DNA of 64,000 nucleotides from a virus (IMGVR_UViG_3300008740_000001:1-64000), one strand, 5' to 3'. Positions 9,118-18,619 are shown, counted from the first letter of the stretch. The notes: generated by a model not told the origin, from the letters alone. Translations and numbers: made by a program.

Positions 9118-9645
9118 ATGAAATTTTTAATTCCCATTCTATTGCTGGCCGGTCATACTACGACACCAGTGTCTCACGTCGAAGCGGGATTTGTCTTTGG
9201 CCCGCCAGTACGACAAGCCTCGTGGGCTCTGCCTCCAGATGTTATTGTTTGTCACGATGCTCCGGTTAAGGAAGGAAGGGTTCAGCAAGCTGTCGCCTTT
9301 TGGAGAAACCTAGGCTATGATATCGGCACTGTGACCATGGCCGAGAAAGATGATTTTGCTTGTGCTCGTGATTTGGTCCTGTATGGCGAAATTATGGTTA
9401 AACTCATTGGACAAGATTTTCAAATTGGTAAACATTTGGCAACAACGCAAACTTGGTTCAACGCAGAATCAAAAACCATATTTAAAGCCAAGATCCAAAT
9501 AATGAATGGTTGGGGTAGCACAGAACGAATCTTAGAACACGAACTTGGGCATGCCCTCGGCTGGCGTGATTATAACCAAACAGGGCACATCATGAATACT
9601 AACTGGAGTATGGGCGGATATCGTACTAAAGGATTACACTTATGA
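9118..9645 (+). CDS. secreted metzincin metalloprotease (matrixin/snapalysin-like)
   Basis: Signal peptide MKFLIPILLLAG; HELGHALGWRD (HExxHxxGxxD) and Met-turn GHIM. Confidence 0.8.
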   Translation: MKFLIPILLLAGHTTTPVSHVEAGFVFGPPVRQASWALPPDVIVCHDAPVKEGRVQQAVAFWRNLGYDIGTVTMAEKDDFACARDLVLYGEIMVKLIGQDFQIGKHLATTQTWFNAESKTIFKAKIQIMNGWGSTERILEHELGHALGWRDYNQTGHIMNTNWSMGGYRTKGLHL

Positions 9646-10151
9646 AACTTTTATTTGAAAACTGGCGGAAGTATTTGGCTGAAGACCAGCCGGCCTGTAT
9701 AACTATTCAGGATTATCGACAAGGTATAATAGCTGCCGAAGATGAAGAGCATCGAGAGGAGATGATCCAAAAGGGTAAAGAGACGGCAGTAAAGGTAGGC
9801 ATGTTCGTTCTGGGCTTCATTCCGGGGGCGGGGCCTATCGCGGACGTAGTTGGTGGAGGAGAGTTCATAAAAGACCTGTATGATACTATTAAGGATAAAG
9901 ATGTCGAACTAGATGACCTAGATGACTTCCCAGTACTGAAGAAGCTTAGAATGGACAAAGAATTGGTCAAAGCTCTAGAGGATGACATTCTCAGTGATAT
10001 CGACGAAAAATATCTGGCCTATTTAGACAACTTAGAGCCTAGCACTTGCATTGATCAGGTACCAGATATTAACGAATTTATTCGCAACTATGTTGCCCAA
10101 CTGACTAGTAATCATGTGGTGATCAGCGATCAATCGGGAGGAAGTGTATAA
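9642..10151 (+). CDS. MKLLFENWRKYLAE-leader protein
   Basis: Leader motif; Gly-rich hydrophobic segment VGMFVLGFIPGAG. Confidence 0.75.
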   Translation: MKLLFENWRKYLAEDQPACITIQDYRQGIIAAEDEEHREEMIQKGKETAVKVGMFVLGFIPGAGPIADVVGGGEFIKDLYDTIKDKDVELDDLDDFPVLKKLRMDKELVKALEDDILSDIDEKYLAYLDNLEPSTCIDQVPDINEFIRNYVAQLTSNHVVISDQSGGSV

Positions 10152-10784
10152 ATGAAACTCCTATTTGAAAATTGGCGAAAACACATTCTTATCAAAGAAG
10201 AAAAAGGTAAGCACCAGATCTACTGTGATATGGATGGTGTTCTTGTCGATTTTGTGAAAGGAGCAGTCGACCAAATTAATGCCGATATCAGAAATAAAGC
10301 CTTAACGGGTAAAAAATTAGATGCCCTGCGCGCTAAATTAGAAGAGATTGGCAAAAAGAAAATCGAAGAGGATGACTTACACATCAATTCCTCACTGGCC
10401 ATAGAAGAGGCTAGGAAGTACATGTACAGCCGCTTGGCTGGTGATAAGGGGTGGTGGGCCGAACTGCCATGGATGTCCGATGGAAAGCGATTATGGGACT
10501 TTATAAAGAAGTACGATCCATATATTCTAACGACACCGATGAACAGTCCAGCCTCTCAAGAAGGTAAACTTATTTGGGTCGAGTACAATCTTAGTATTCC
10601 CCGCGCAAGAGTAATCTTTTCACATAAAAAACATGAGCATGCCAAAGATGGGGAAAACCCAAATATTTTGATTGATGATTTCCTAGGAAGAAATATTAAG
10701 CCTTTCAACGAAGCGGGCGGAATTGGAATACATCATACTAGTTCGGATCTATCTATTGCTGAACTTAAGAAATTAGGCTTTTAA
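10152..10784 (+). CDS. HAD 5'(3')-deoxyribonucleotidase-like protein with MKLLFENWRKH leader
   Basis: YCDMDGVLVDF (HAD motif I), ILTTP, ILIDD (NT5C-like). Confidence 0.85.
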   Translation: MKLLFENWRKHILIKEEKGKHQIYCDMDGVLVDFVKGAVDQINADIRNKALTGKKLDALRAKLEEIGKKKIEEDDLHINSSLAIEEARKYMYSRLAGDKGWWAELPWMSDGKRLWDFIKKYDPYILTTPMNSPASQEGKLIWVEYNLSIPRARVIFSHKKHEHAKDGENPNILIDDFLGRNIKPFNEAGGIGIHHTSSDLSIAELKKLGF

Positions 10785-10810
10785 TAAAAAGCGGTTTTAC
10801 TAAGTCTTTA

Positions 10811-10819
10811 ACTATTTAT
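10811..10819 (+). promoter_or_regulatory. putative late-promoter motif ACTATTTAT
   Basis: In the intergenic gap before the 969-aa ORF. Confidence 0.55.
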
Positions 10820-10846
10820 TGACGTACCTTATGGGAGTTTTTATAA

Positions 10847-13756
10847 ATGAATCTACAAGATTATAACTTATTGACAAAAGAAGAGATTAGTGAAGTGGTC
10901 CAAGAAGTGTTGGCCGGCGCTGGAATTGTGCAAGAGGCAGACTACCTAGAAAAAGATGGACCCATGTCCAAGAGGCGGAAGCCGACCCCTGTTGACGCAG
11001 AAGAAGAAGGCAATGCCCCGGACAATCCGATGGGGGGCGCGCCAAGGCGGGGAAGTGGAACAAGATATCAGTCGGGGGCGGGATACACGGATAGCAAAGG
11101 GAAGCCGATAGACGCCACTGGCATGCCCAGACCGGATGATGGACAGGCGAAGAAGCCGGCAGCGCAGAGCCAAACTGGCGGTGTCGACACGAAGGCAATG
11201 CCCGGTACGCCGACAAAGCATCCAGAAAGGCCTGCGCCCGACAAAAAGAGGAAAGGCGTGGTAAATCGGGTGCTCGGAGTGGGAGATGACCCTCAATACC
11301 CCCGCCAGCAGGCCCATGCCGCGATGGGTCAAGACGCACAAAATAAAGGTATCTCTTCCGCTACGGCCGACACTCCCTCCGTCGCGGACACCGTGAACCC
11401 CGATAAGTTGAAGAGAGGCGCCCCCGATGCAGTGGCCAAGGCGGGCAGTCAAGAAGATGGCATGCCCGATTCCGGTGCGGAAGGCGACTTTGGCGATATG
11501 AACGACGCATGGTTTGCGCCGGGATCGTCGACTTTGCCTGACAAGGCCGTTAGAACGATTGCCCAGAAGTTTGGCGACAATAGAATGGCTCCTCTGCAGG
11601 TTATCGACTTTTATATCCGCGCTGGACATGGTGATACGGGTGGACGAACCCATATGATGGCTCAGCAAGAACGTGGGATGCAAATCACTCGAATAAAAGG
11701 ATTAATTCAGAAGGCTGCTGCATCTGGCGATTCAGGTCACAAGATGAATGTTAAGAGAGCCCTCGATTCCCTTTTATATGACGCCGCCATGAAAGGCGGT
11801 GGCAGAAGCGACGGGGGTGAAGGTGGCAAAGATGGTAAAGACGGCAAAGATGGTCGCGACGGCAAAGATGGTCGCGACGGCAGAGACGGTACAGACGGCG
11901 GAAACGGCGGCGGTGACGGTGGCGGTGACGGTGGTGGTGAAGTAACGCCTGAGCCACCGCCAGAAGATCCTGATGACCCGGGTGCTGGGCTGCCGATTCC
12001 TGTTAACAAGAAGTGGTCCGGTGAAGAAAGAAAAATGGCCGGCCTTGATAAGAGCGCGGCAGGAAGTCTTGCTAGCCAGCTAGCTAAGCTGTTTCCCGAT
12101 GTTGATAAGAGCATTATTACACAGATTCTTAAAGATGTCGCAGGTCAACTTAAAGCACAGGGTCTTCCCATTCAAGAATCCCTCAGAAAGTTTATTGTAC
12201 AAAGAGTTTTGGAAGAGTACATTGTAAAGAAGACAAAAATTCTTATGGAATTTCAAGACACGACGGGTAAGTATACCGGTGCTGCTGCCGGCGAAGAGTC
12301 GCCGGGAGGTGGCGGTGATGAGAAAGAAGAAGCCGCTGTTAAAAAGCTCAGTGTGTACCTGAAGAAAAATAAAGAGTTTTACGAAAATGTGGAATTGGTT
12401 CTCAGCGCTAGTGACGATATTGATGATTTAGTCTCCAATGCAAAGGACAATCTAGAACTTCCGGAGGTTACTCTTGAAGAAGGTCTCAAGAAGGATCTGA
12501 AGAAATGGATCGAAAGAGGACGTTTTGGACAGGCTAGCCGAGAGTTGCTTACTAGATTGCAAAAGGCTAAGAAATATATTGCGCACGAATTGGCCAAGGT
12601 TGAAAAGTATATTGCTGCTGATAAAGATGCATCTCGACAAAAAGAAGATGTAAAGACGGCTATGGAGAAATTTCTCAACTTGTTCAAGGGTGGTCAGGAA
12701 GTACTTGACGCGTATAGTGATAGGGATCAGGAGCCCGAGGAAACAACCGAAGAGCCACCCGAGGAACCACGAGAACCACAAGAATTAAGTGGCGACGTTG
12801 TTCTCGACGCACTCATGGCACGGCTGAAAGAGTTGGACCTTGATTCTGATGATGGTATGTACCAAGCTACACAACCGGGCAACGAACAGGCGTATCTTGG
12901 CGGCTATATGTTTTATAAGGCAATGCTTAAACTTCAAAAGGCACTTACAAAGAATCCAAATGCGTCTACACAAGAATTGATTGGTCTCGTTCAGAAAGAA
13001 CTTGGCGGAAATGAACATGGTTCTGGAAGTCCTTACTCTCCGAAGAGAAAGGGGGCTGTTGGTGTAAGTGCCGATCAGCGGCGCGCCACTAAATATGGCC
13101 CGGGCCCGGTTAACGAAGCCATGCTTCTTGAAAGGGTTGAGGCCATTATCGAACGTGCGGCCGGATTATTCCTTATTAATCTTTTAAAGGAAGCAGTATT
13201 ACTGACCGAGCAAGAAGGTGAGGGTGGCGATATCATGAAGTGGCTTGAAGACACTATTGCCAAGTTCAAGAGCTATCAGTTAGATGATTCCAGTCGCGCT
13301 GTGAAAGCATCAAGGGCGGCTAGGGGCGCCAAGGATCCCAAGGATCTTTCAGAGCCCCAAGGAGACGAAAGCGCAGAAGATGTGGTTAAGAGAGTGGCTG
13401 CTGATGTAAAAGCCGGCAAGGCAACAAAAGCAGATCTTGCAGCCGCCAGACAAAAGGCTAAGGCCGGCGGAGATGAAACGGCGCGCCGAAGCGGGCAAGC
13501 TGGTACAATTAATATGAAGTCTGTTGTCGGGCCTCGACTCAAGCAGGGTGGACTGGCTCTAAAGAACCCAGACGGAAGCCCGGGCCCCGGGGCCAAATTG
13601 CAAAAGAAGATGGGTAAAGTTATTCGTCGATTCATTAACAAGCAATTGAAAAGAATGGGCAAAACTGATATTAAGGTCATTGCAGAAAGTAAAGTACTTC
13701 AGACAGAACTGAGGAAAGTTGTTGTGAAACACCTTAAAGAATATGAACTTCTATAA
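10847..13756 (+). CDS. large low-complexity putative head/internal protein with collagen-like repeat
   Basis: 969 aa; Gly/Pro/Asp-rich; (GxD)8 repeat; many (L/I/V)-x-E motifs. Confidence 0.75.
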   Translation: MNLQDYNLLTKEEISEVVQEVLAGAGIVQEADYLEKDGPMSKRRKPTPVDAEEEGNAPDNPMGGAPRRGSGTRYQSGAGYTDSKGKPIDATGMPRPDDGQAKKPAAQSQTGGVDTKAMPGTPTKHPERPAPDKKRKGVVNRVLGVGDDPQYPRQQAHAAMGQDAQNKGISSATADTPSVADTVNPDKLKRGAPDAVAKAGSQEDGMPDSGAEGDFGDMNDAWFAPGSSTLPDKAVRTIAQKFGDNRMAPLQVIDFYIRAGHGDTGGRTHMMAQQERGMQITRIKGLIQKAAASGDSGHKMNVKRALDSLLYDAAMKGGGRSDGGEGGKDGKDGKDGRDGKDGRDGRDGTDGGNGGGDGGGDGGGEVTPEPPPEDPDDPGAGLPIPVNKKWSGEERKMAGLDKSAAGSLASQLAKLFPDVDKSIITQILKDVAGQLKAQGLPIQESLRKFIVQRVLEEYIVKKTKILMEFQDTTGKYTGAAAGEESPGGGGDEKEEAAVKKLSVYLKKNKEFYENVELVLSASDDIDDLVSNAKDNLELPEVTLEEGLKKDLKKWIERGRFGQASRELLTRLQKAKKYIAHELAKVEKYIAADKDASRQKEDVKTAMEKFLNLFKGGQEVLDAYSDRDQEPEETTEEPPEEPREPQELSGDVVLDALMARLKELDLDSDDGMYQATQPGNEQAYLGGYMFYKAMLKLQKALTKNPNASTQELIGLVQKELGGNEHGSGSPYSPKRKGAVGVSADQRRATKYGPGPVNEAMLLERVEAIIERAAGLFLINLLKEAVLLTEQEGEGGDIMKWLEDTIAKFKSYQLDDSSRAVKASRAARGAKDPKDLSEPQGDESAEDVVKRVAADVKAGKATKADLAAARQKAKAGGDETARRSGQAGTINMKSVVGPRLKQGGLALKNPDGSPGPGAKLQKKMGKVIRRFINKQLKRMGKTDIKVIAESKVLQTELRKVVVKHLKEYELL
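11825..11896 (+). repeat. collagen-like 9-bp tandem repeat, GKDGKDGKDGRDGKDGRDGRDGTD
   Basis: Eight G-X-D triplets followed by a Gly-rich run. Confidence 0.9.
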
Positions 13757-14255
13757 TATAGAAAATAAATCTGGCCTCGATCTTCAAGAAATGGGTGAGC
13801 TTCTTGGAAGCTTTATGCCCTTTTCTAAAAAGCGCATGGGATATGATCAGCCGGTCACAATAACCTTTGAATCAGATGAGGAAAACGGAAACAATATATT
13901 AGGTAAAACAGCTTACTATAATCCTGAGTCGAAGAGTGTTACAATATATACTGATTCTCGCCATCCTAAAGATATGATGCGCTCATTGTCGCACGAGTTA
14001 GTCCACCATACACAAAATTGTCGTGGAGAATTTGACAAGGCGATGGAAATGGGTGAAGGATATGCTCAGAAAGATGAACATCTGCGAGAAATGGAAAGAG
14101 AAGCCTATGAAACAGGCAATATGTGCTTTCGTGATTGGGAAGACACATATAAACACGATTTAGCAACTAATTATACTGATATGAGTGCTTTGGTTACCGA
14201 AAAAAGGGAGCACTTATTTAATCTTTTAACCAAACAAATTATTAAGGAGAATTAA
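13743..14255 (+). CDS. zincin-like HExxH protein
   Basis: RSLSHELVHHTQ plus downstream EREAY Glu. Confidence 0.7.
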   Translation: MNFYNIENKSGLDLQEMGELLGSFMPFSKKRMGYDQPVTITFESDEENGNNILGKTAYYNPESKSVTIYTDSRHPKDMMRSLSHELVHHTQNCRGEFDKAMEMGEGYAQKDEHLREMEREAYETGNMCFRDWEDTYKHDLATNYTDMSALVTEKREHLFNLLTKQIIKEN

Positions 14256-14256
14256 A

Positions 14257-14694
14257 ATGATTCACGGTAAGAAAAGAAACGAGCAGCTTATGAAGCGCCT
14301 AATGGAAAGTTGGGGTTATAGTAAGTCTGACGAAGAGGTAGTACCTCTTGATGAGGAAATGGCGGCCGACTCGGAAGACGAGGTTGTCGAAGAGGCCGAA
14401 GAAGACGAGGAACTTGAGGAAGGCGGACGAGCAAACCGTAAGGAGAATGAGTCCGAAGGTGACGAGCGCAGGATGGGTCAGGCTGACCGCATGCGTGAGG
14501 ATCTTGATGCAGTTCCGGTTGAGGACGAAGACGAAGAAGGTGGCAGCGATGCGGCCGTCGAGGAAGGGGTCTACAATCGCGATGAGGACGAGGAAGAGGT
14601 TGTTGAGGAAGAGACTGAGACTGAAATCTCAGAGCTTGAAGAGACTATCCGTAAGGTAGTGCAGAAAGTATTGAGCGAATTTACGACTAAGTAA
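14257..14694 (+). CDS. highly acidic scaffold-like head protein
   Basis: Very Glu/Asp-rich; LMESW and repeated LEE motifs; C-terminal amphipathic helix. Confidence 0.65.
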   Translation: MIHGKKRNEQLMKRLMESWGYSKSDEEVVPLDEEMAADSEDEVVEEAEEDEELEEGGRANRKENESEGDERRMGQADRMREDLDAVPVEDEDEEGGSDAAVEEGVYNRDEDEEEVVEEETETEISELEETIRKVVQKVLSEFTTK

Positions 14695-14705
14695 GGAGGT
14701 TAACG

Positions 14706-14966
14706 GTGAAGAATGTCGATTTTGACAAGATGACCCGCGATTTCCTTAGAGGAGTAATGGGCGAGAGCAAATCCACCGACGTTTGGAGTTATATCCAAAG
14801 CGTCATGGAATCGTTGCATTCTATTAAGCCTCGCACGAAAGCTGGTAGCAGGAAAGTTGCTATAGCTCTGGAGCACATGAAAGAGATCCGCCGACATACT
14901 CGGAGGCTCGAAGAACGCGTAAAAGTATTAGAGGAACAGGTTCAGGTTCTAGAAGAGGGTGGATAA
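14706..14966 (+). CDS. small coiled-coil protein
   Basis: GGAGG SD; C-terminal heptads RRLEERVKVLEEQVQVLEE. Confidence 0.7.
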   Translation: MKNVDFDKMTRDFLRGVMGESKSTDVWSYIQSVMESLHSIKPRTKAGSRKVAIALEHMKEIRRHTRRLEERVKVLEEQVQVLEEGG

Positions 14967-17297
14967 ATGCGTCGATTATTACTTGAAGGCGGTGTTGCAG
15001 GCCACCTGTCACATTTGTATGACAACCGCGAATTAACTGCTAACCAAATGTTTAAGATTCTGTCTCTCGCGTCTCAAGGCGAACTAGAGGGTACAGAGAA
15101 AACTGATGGATACAATATTTATCTAGGTTTCAGAGACGGCCAAGCTCGTTGGGCGCGCAACAAAGGTGATATGCGCAGCGGTGGTCGGACTATGGAAGAA
15201 CTGATTAACCGTATATTTCAAGGTGGCGAACAAGTAAAAGACGTGTATGTACGCGCATTTAAAGGATTTGAGGACTTTGCCAACAAGTTAGGGCAACGTG
15301 TCCAAGCAAATATCTTTGGCGAAGATGGATCCATTTTCTACAACACAGAAATTCAAGGTCCGGGCGCGAACAACGTTGTTAATTACGATGCAAATGTTGT
15401 GTCGATTCATCACGGGAACCATAAGAGATATGATGCTGAAACCGATACTGTAGAAATTATCGATGCGGAAGAAAATTCTAGATATCTCGATCATGCTTTA
15501 AACCGAATTGAGCAAGAAGCTCACGAGCAGAACTTTACTGTTAAACGCACCGCCGTATTAAAGTTGCGTCGTCTTGACGATGACACCGATTTGCGTATTG
15601 CTATAGCCAAGATCGAAAAAACTGGCTTTATAGGGGATATGACCATCAACGAATACCTTGAATCTAAAATTCTCCCAAAAATTCAACAGAAGGTGCCGTA
15701 CATGGATAGTAACGTGCATCAAATGATGGTCGACTATATTCTAGATAAGCGAAATGAGGCTGGTCAAAAGACGGTCAGTATGAGATCTATTTACAAAGGC
15801 TTCCCAGTCGAGCAACGTGATGTGGTGCGGAATCTGTTAAGTACCGGCGGGACTTTAATCAAGGCTGCAATCTGGCCTATTGAAGATGCAATTCACGATT
15901 TTGCAGTAGAGCTTTTAAGGGGCCTAGAGAGCGTTTACATCCTCGATAATCACGCAGAGGTAACCAGACTCAAAGCTGAGGTGGACGCCGCTGTGAGGGC
16001 TATACAGGCCTACTCTGGGCCGGGTGCGGATGAAGCTCGTAATGTGTTGCAGCACCAGCTGAGAAAAGTCAAGCACTTGGATAATATTAACTCTGCTGTC
16101 GAGGGATTTGTGTTCCACCATGGCGGTCAGATGTATAAATTCACAGGTAACTTTGCACCAGTTAATCAAATCTTGGGGTTGTTCCGATATGGACGTGGAA
16201 ATGTTCCTGCAATCTCACGGGACAATCTTGACGCCGACGACGGTGGAGAGCTTGAAGAAGCAGAAGTTGTTTCTCACGCCACCCCAGAGCGTGTAATTGC
16301 TATCTTGCCGGGCGCTTTTAAGCCTCCGCACAAAGGCCACTTTCAGATGGCCCTACATTATGCCGAGATTGCCGATGCAGTTGCGGTGTATATTAGTAGA
16401 ATTCCCAGAGAGGGCGTGGACTTTGGAACATCGAAGGCGCTGTGGGACATTTATATACAAGCCTCTCAAAATCCAGCAGCTAGCAAAATCGCAGTACTGC
16501 CAGAGCCCTCCGAAAATGCATCCCCTGTAGGAGCAGCCTTAGAGTTCGTTGGAAACGAAAGCCAAAGCCCAAACTTGGCTCAGCCGGGTGATTATGTAAT
16601 TTTGGGCGCCAGTTCAAAACCAGATTCAAAGGGTAACCCAGATTATATGCGATTTAAAGATGCACAAAAGTATTATGCGCACGGAGTACTGGGTGGAGAT
16701 CTGGAAGATACCAAGAAATATGCCTTTAAGGTCTCCGAAGAGCCATTAAGTGCACGAGATCTTAGAGCAGCCATCAGCAGAGGGGACATTGAAATCATTA
16801 AACGCTATATTCCAGACGGAGTGCTGCGACATGAAGGTGGTTTTGAGTCGGTTCTTGATCTGTTAGATGTTACGGTCGCACCGGTGGAAACTTTAGAAGA
16901 AATGCTTATTCGGATGGTTGAAGAGCGTTTAAACGAGATCAGCGAAGCTGTCGGTGATGATAGCGCTGGATGGCCAACAGTGCCTCCTACTCGATCCAAG
17001 GGGACGCCATGTATCAAATATAGTCGACAAGGCACCCAGATGCTTTATAAAGGCGATGAGGGCTACGAGGAATGTGTGAGCGAGAAAGAATTAGAAGAAA
17101 TAAGCGCGATGGGCGGCGGTGCAGTCCAAGGCGCGATGATAAGTACCGGTACCGGCAACGGTGCATGGGATGGGGCCGCAACTAAGAAGTTTAATAAGAA
17201 GCAAAAGAAAGATCAAAAGCTCAAAGGAACAAAACTTACCAAAGAGGCGCTAATTGAAAAAGTAATGGACTATTTACTAACACAGGCGGTAAACTAA
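14967..17297 (+). CDS. fusion of a ligase-like (KxDG) domain and an HxGH cytidylyltransferase-like domain
   Basis: GHLSHLYD...TEKTDGYN in the N-half; PGAFKPPHKGH in the C-half. Confidence 0.75.
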   Translation: MRRLLLEGGVAGHLSHLYDNRELTANQMFKILSLASQGELEGTEKTDGYNIYLGFRDGQARWARNKGDMRSGGRTMEELINRIFQGGEQVKDVYVRAFKGFEDFANKLGQRVQANIFGEDGSIFYNTEIQGPGANNVVNYDANVVSIHHGNHKRYDAETDTVEIIDAEENSRYLDHALNRIEQEAHEQNFTVKRTAVLKLRRLDDDTDLRIAIAKIEKTGFIGDMTINEYLESKILPKIQQKVPYMDSNVHQMMVDYILDKRNEAGQKTVSMRSIYKGFPVEQRDVVRNLLSTGGTLIKAAIWPIEDAIHDFAVELLRGLESVYILDNHAEVTRLKAEVDAAVRAIQAYSGPGADEARNVLQHQLRKVKHLDNINSAVEGFVFHHGGQMYKFTGNFAPVNQILGLFRYGRGNVPAISRDNLDADDGGELEEAEVVSHATPERVIAILPGAFKPPHKGHFQMALHYAEIADAVAVYISRIPREGVDFGTSKALWDIYIQASQNPAASKIAVLPEPSENASPVGAALEFVGNESQSPNLAQPGDYVILGASSKPDSKGNPDYMRFKDAQKYYAHGVLGGDLEDTKKYAFKVSEEPLSARDLRAAISRGDIEIIKRYIPDGVLRHEGGFESVLDLLDVTVAPVETLEEMLIRMVEERLNEISEAVGDDSAGWPTVPPTRSKGTPCIKYSRQGTQMLYKGDEGYEECVSEKELEEISAMGGGAVQGAMISTGTGNGAWDGAATKKFNKKQKKDQKLKGTKLTKEALIEKVMDYLLTQAVN

Positions 17298-18203
17298 ATG
17301 GATGATTTAAAAAGAATAGAGTTTCTTAAAGAACTCAAAGCTCGCAAGCTTATGCGTGAAGCAGTAAGAAAAGCAATTCATACTGTTTTAGAGAAGCGGA
17401 ATGAAGAAGACTTTGAAAGATTGCAGATAGAACAAGAAGAGACAGCACTCAGGTCTTATATCAGGTCTTACTTGTCCGAAACGTCGACGCAAGACACGGA
17501 TCCCGCACCTCACAGATCGACGGGAATTAACGTGCTCTCGGACCTGTTGAAGAAGATCATTCCCGTATTAGAAGACGACTATAAGATTCTTACTACAGAC
17601 GCTGATCAACGCGCATCTTTCCGTGCACACGTAATTCATGGTGTCCAGAACTCATTGGCTCCGCTGCAGTCAATTGATGACGTTGGGCCAGATGCCGGAG
17701 CTGAAACTCTCCAAGAAATTGATGTACAAGTTGGAGGTGCAGACGAGGATGCCTTTATAGACATCGAAGACACTGGCGGTGAGGACGAAGAAATTTCTCC
17801 TGAAGAAGAGTTTGGTACTGGTCTAGACGGACAAGATTTGACCGGCCGGAACATGGCTTATTCTTCCTTCAAAAAGATCGAGCGGAATATTCTAGATTCT
17901 TACGAACTGCTGAGCAACAATGAAGACAGGGAACTTTTTTACGACTACCTTATCACTAACCTTAAACTATATTTTGATAAGTTTGAAGATGAATTGGCCG
18001 GTAATCTAGATGAACCCACTACACCAGAGTACGAAGATGCCGCAGATGAAATGGCTGCAGATGAAGCTGGAGAAGACTTTGCACCCGCTGGAGAAGAACC
18101 GATGGCTGGAGAAGATGACGAGGAGTTAGTCGAGTGGCCCTTTTCTATAACAAACGGCTGGGGACAGAAGCAGAAAGGTAAGGGCAAGGGCAGAAAAGGC
18201 TAA
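17298..18203 (+). CDS. acidic putative head-associated protein
   Basis: LMREAVRKAI and YLSE motifs; acidic C-half. Confidence 0.7.
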   Translation: MDDLKRIEFLKELKARKLMREAVRKAIHTVLEKRNEEDFERLQIEQEETALRSYIRSYLSETSTQDTDPAPHRSTGINVLSDLLKKIIPVLEDDYKILTTDADQRASFRAHVIHGVQNSLAPLQSIDDVGPDAGAETLQEIDVQVGGADEDAFIDIEDTGGEDEEISPEEEFGTGLDGQDLTGRNMAYSSFKKIERNILDSYELLSNNEDRELFYDYLITNLKLYFDKFEDELAGNLDEPTTPEYEDAADEMAADEAGEDFAPAGEEPMAGEDDEELVEWPFSITNGWGQKQKGKGKGRKG

Positions 18204-18212
18204 TGAGGTAAC

Positions 18213-18548
18213 ATGCTGGCAAGATACTATGATCTATTATCGCTCACTAAACAGCTTAGGATCATTGTTATTTTGACTTTGTTTGATCTTCTCATGACTC
18301 TAGTTTGGGTACTCTCGGGTACCGCATCCGAAGCAAATCCGATCATGGCTTACATGCTTAATAAAAGTGCGTTGGCATTTGGTTTGTCCAAATTGGTTTT
18401 AAGTTTAGGATCGATCTGGATATTATTTAAATATCAGACATCTAGGTTGGTACAATATGCAGTACCTATTATATTTTTGCTATATTTTTCTGTATCAGTC
18501 CATCATTGTGTAGGTTTTCTAGGTAGTTTAAACTTAAAACTAGGCTAG
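18213..18548 (+). CDS. DUF5658-like membrane protein
   Basis: DLLMT...EANPIM motif and 3-4 TM segments. Confidence 0.7.
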   Translation: MLARYYDLLSLTKQLRIIVILTLFDLLMTLVWVLSGTASEANPIMAYMLNKSALAFGLSKLVLSLGSIWILFKYQTSRLVQYAVPIIFLLYFSVSVHHCVGFLGSLNLKLG

Positions 18549-18619
18549 CCAGTCAGCCTAATTAACTATAAAGTTATTAGTATATAATATATAATTACTA
18601 CTCCAAGTTTGAGGTTAAA

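Noticed and set aside
6848-10190. CRISPR array formed by the repeated ATGAAACT..TTTGAAAA.TGGCG sequence
   Set aside because: Repeats are 0.5-1.6 kb apart, encode protein N-termini and are separated by full genes; no cas genes.
10887-13680. Long reverse-strand ORFs (e.g. 10946-11683, 11737-12114, 11751-11957)
   Set aside because: Shadow frames of the GC-rich, repetitive 969-aa + strand gene; the His/Arg repeats mirror the collagen-like repeat.
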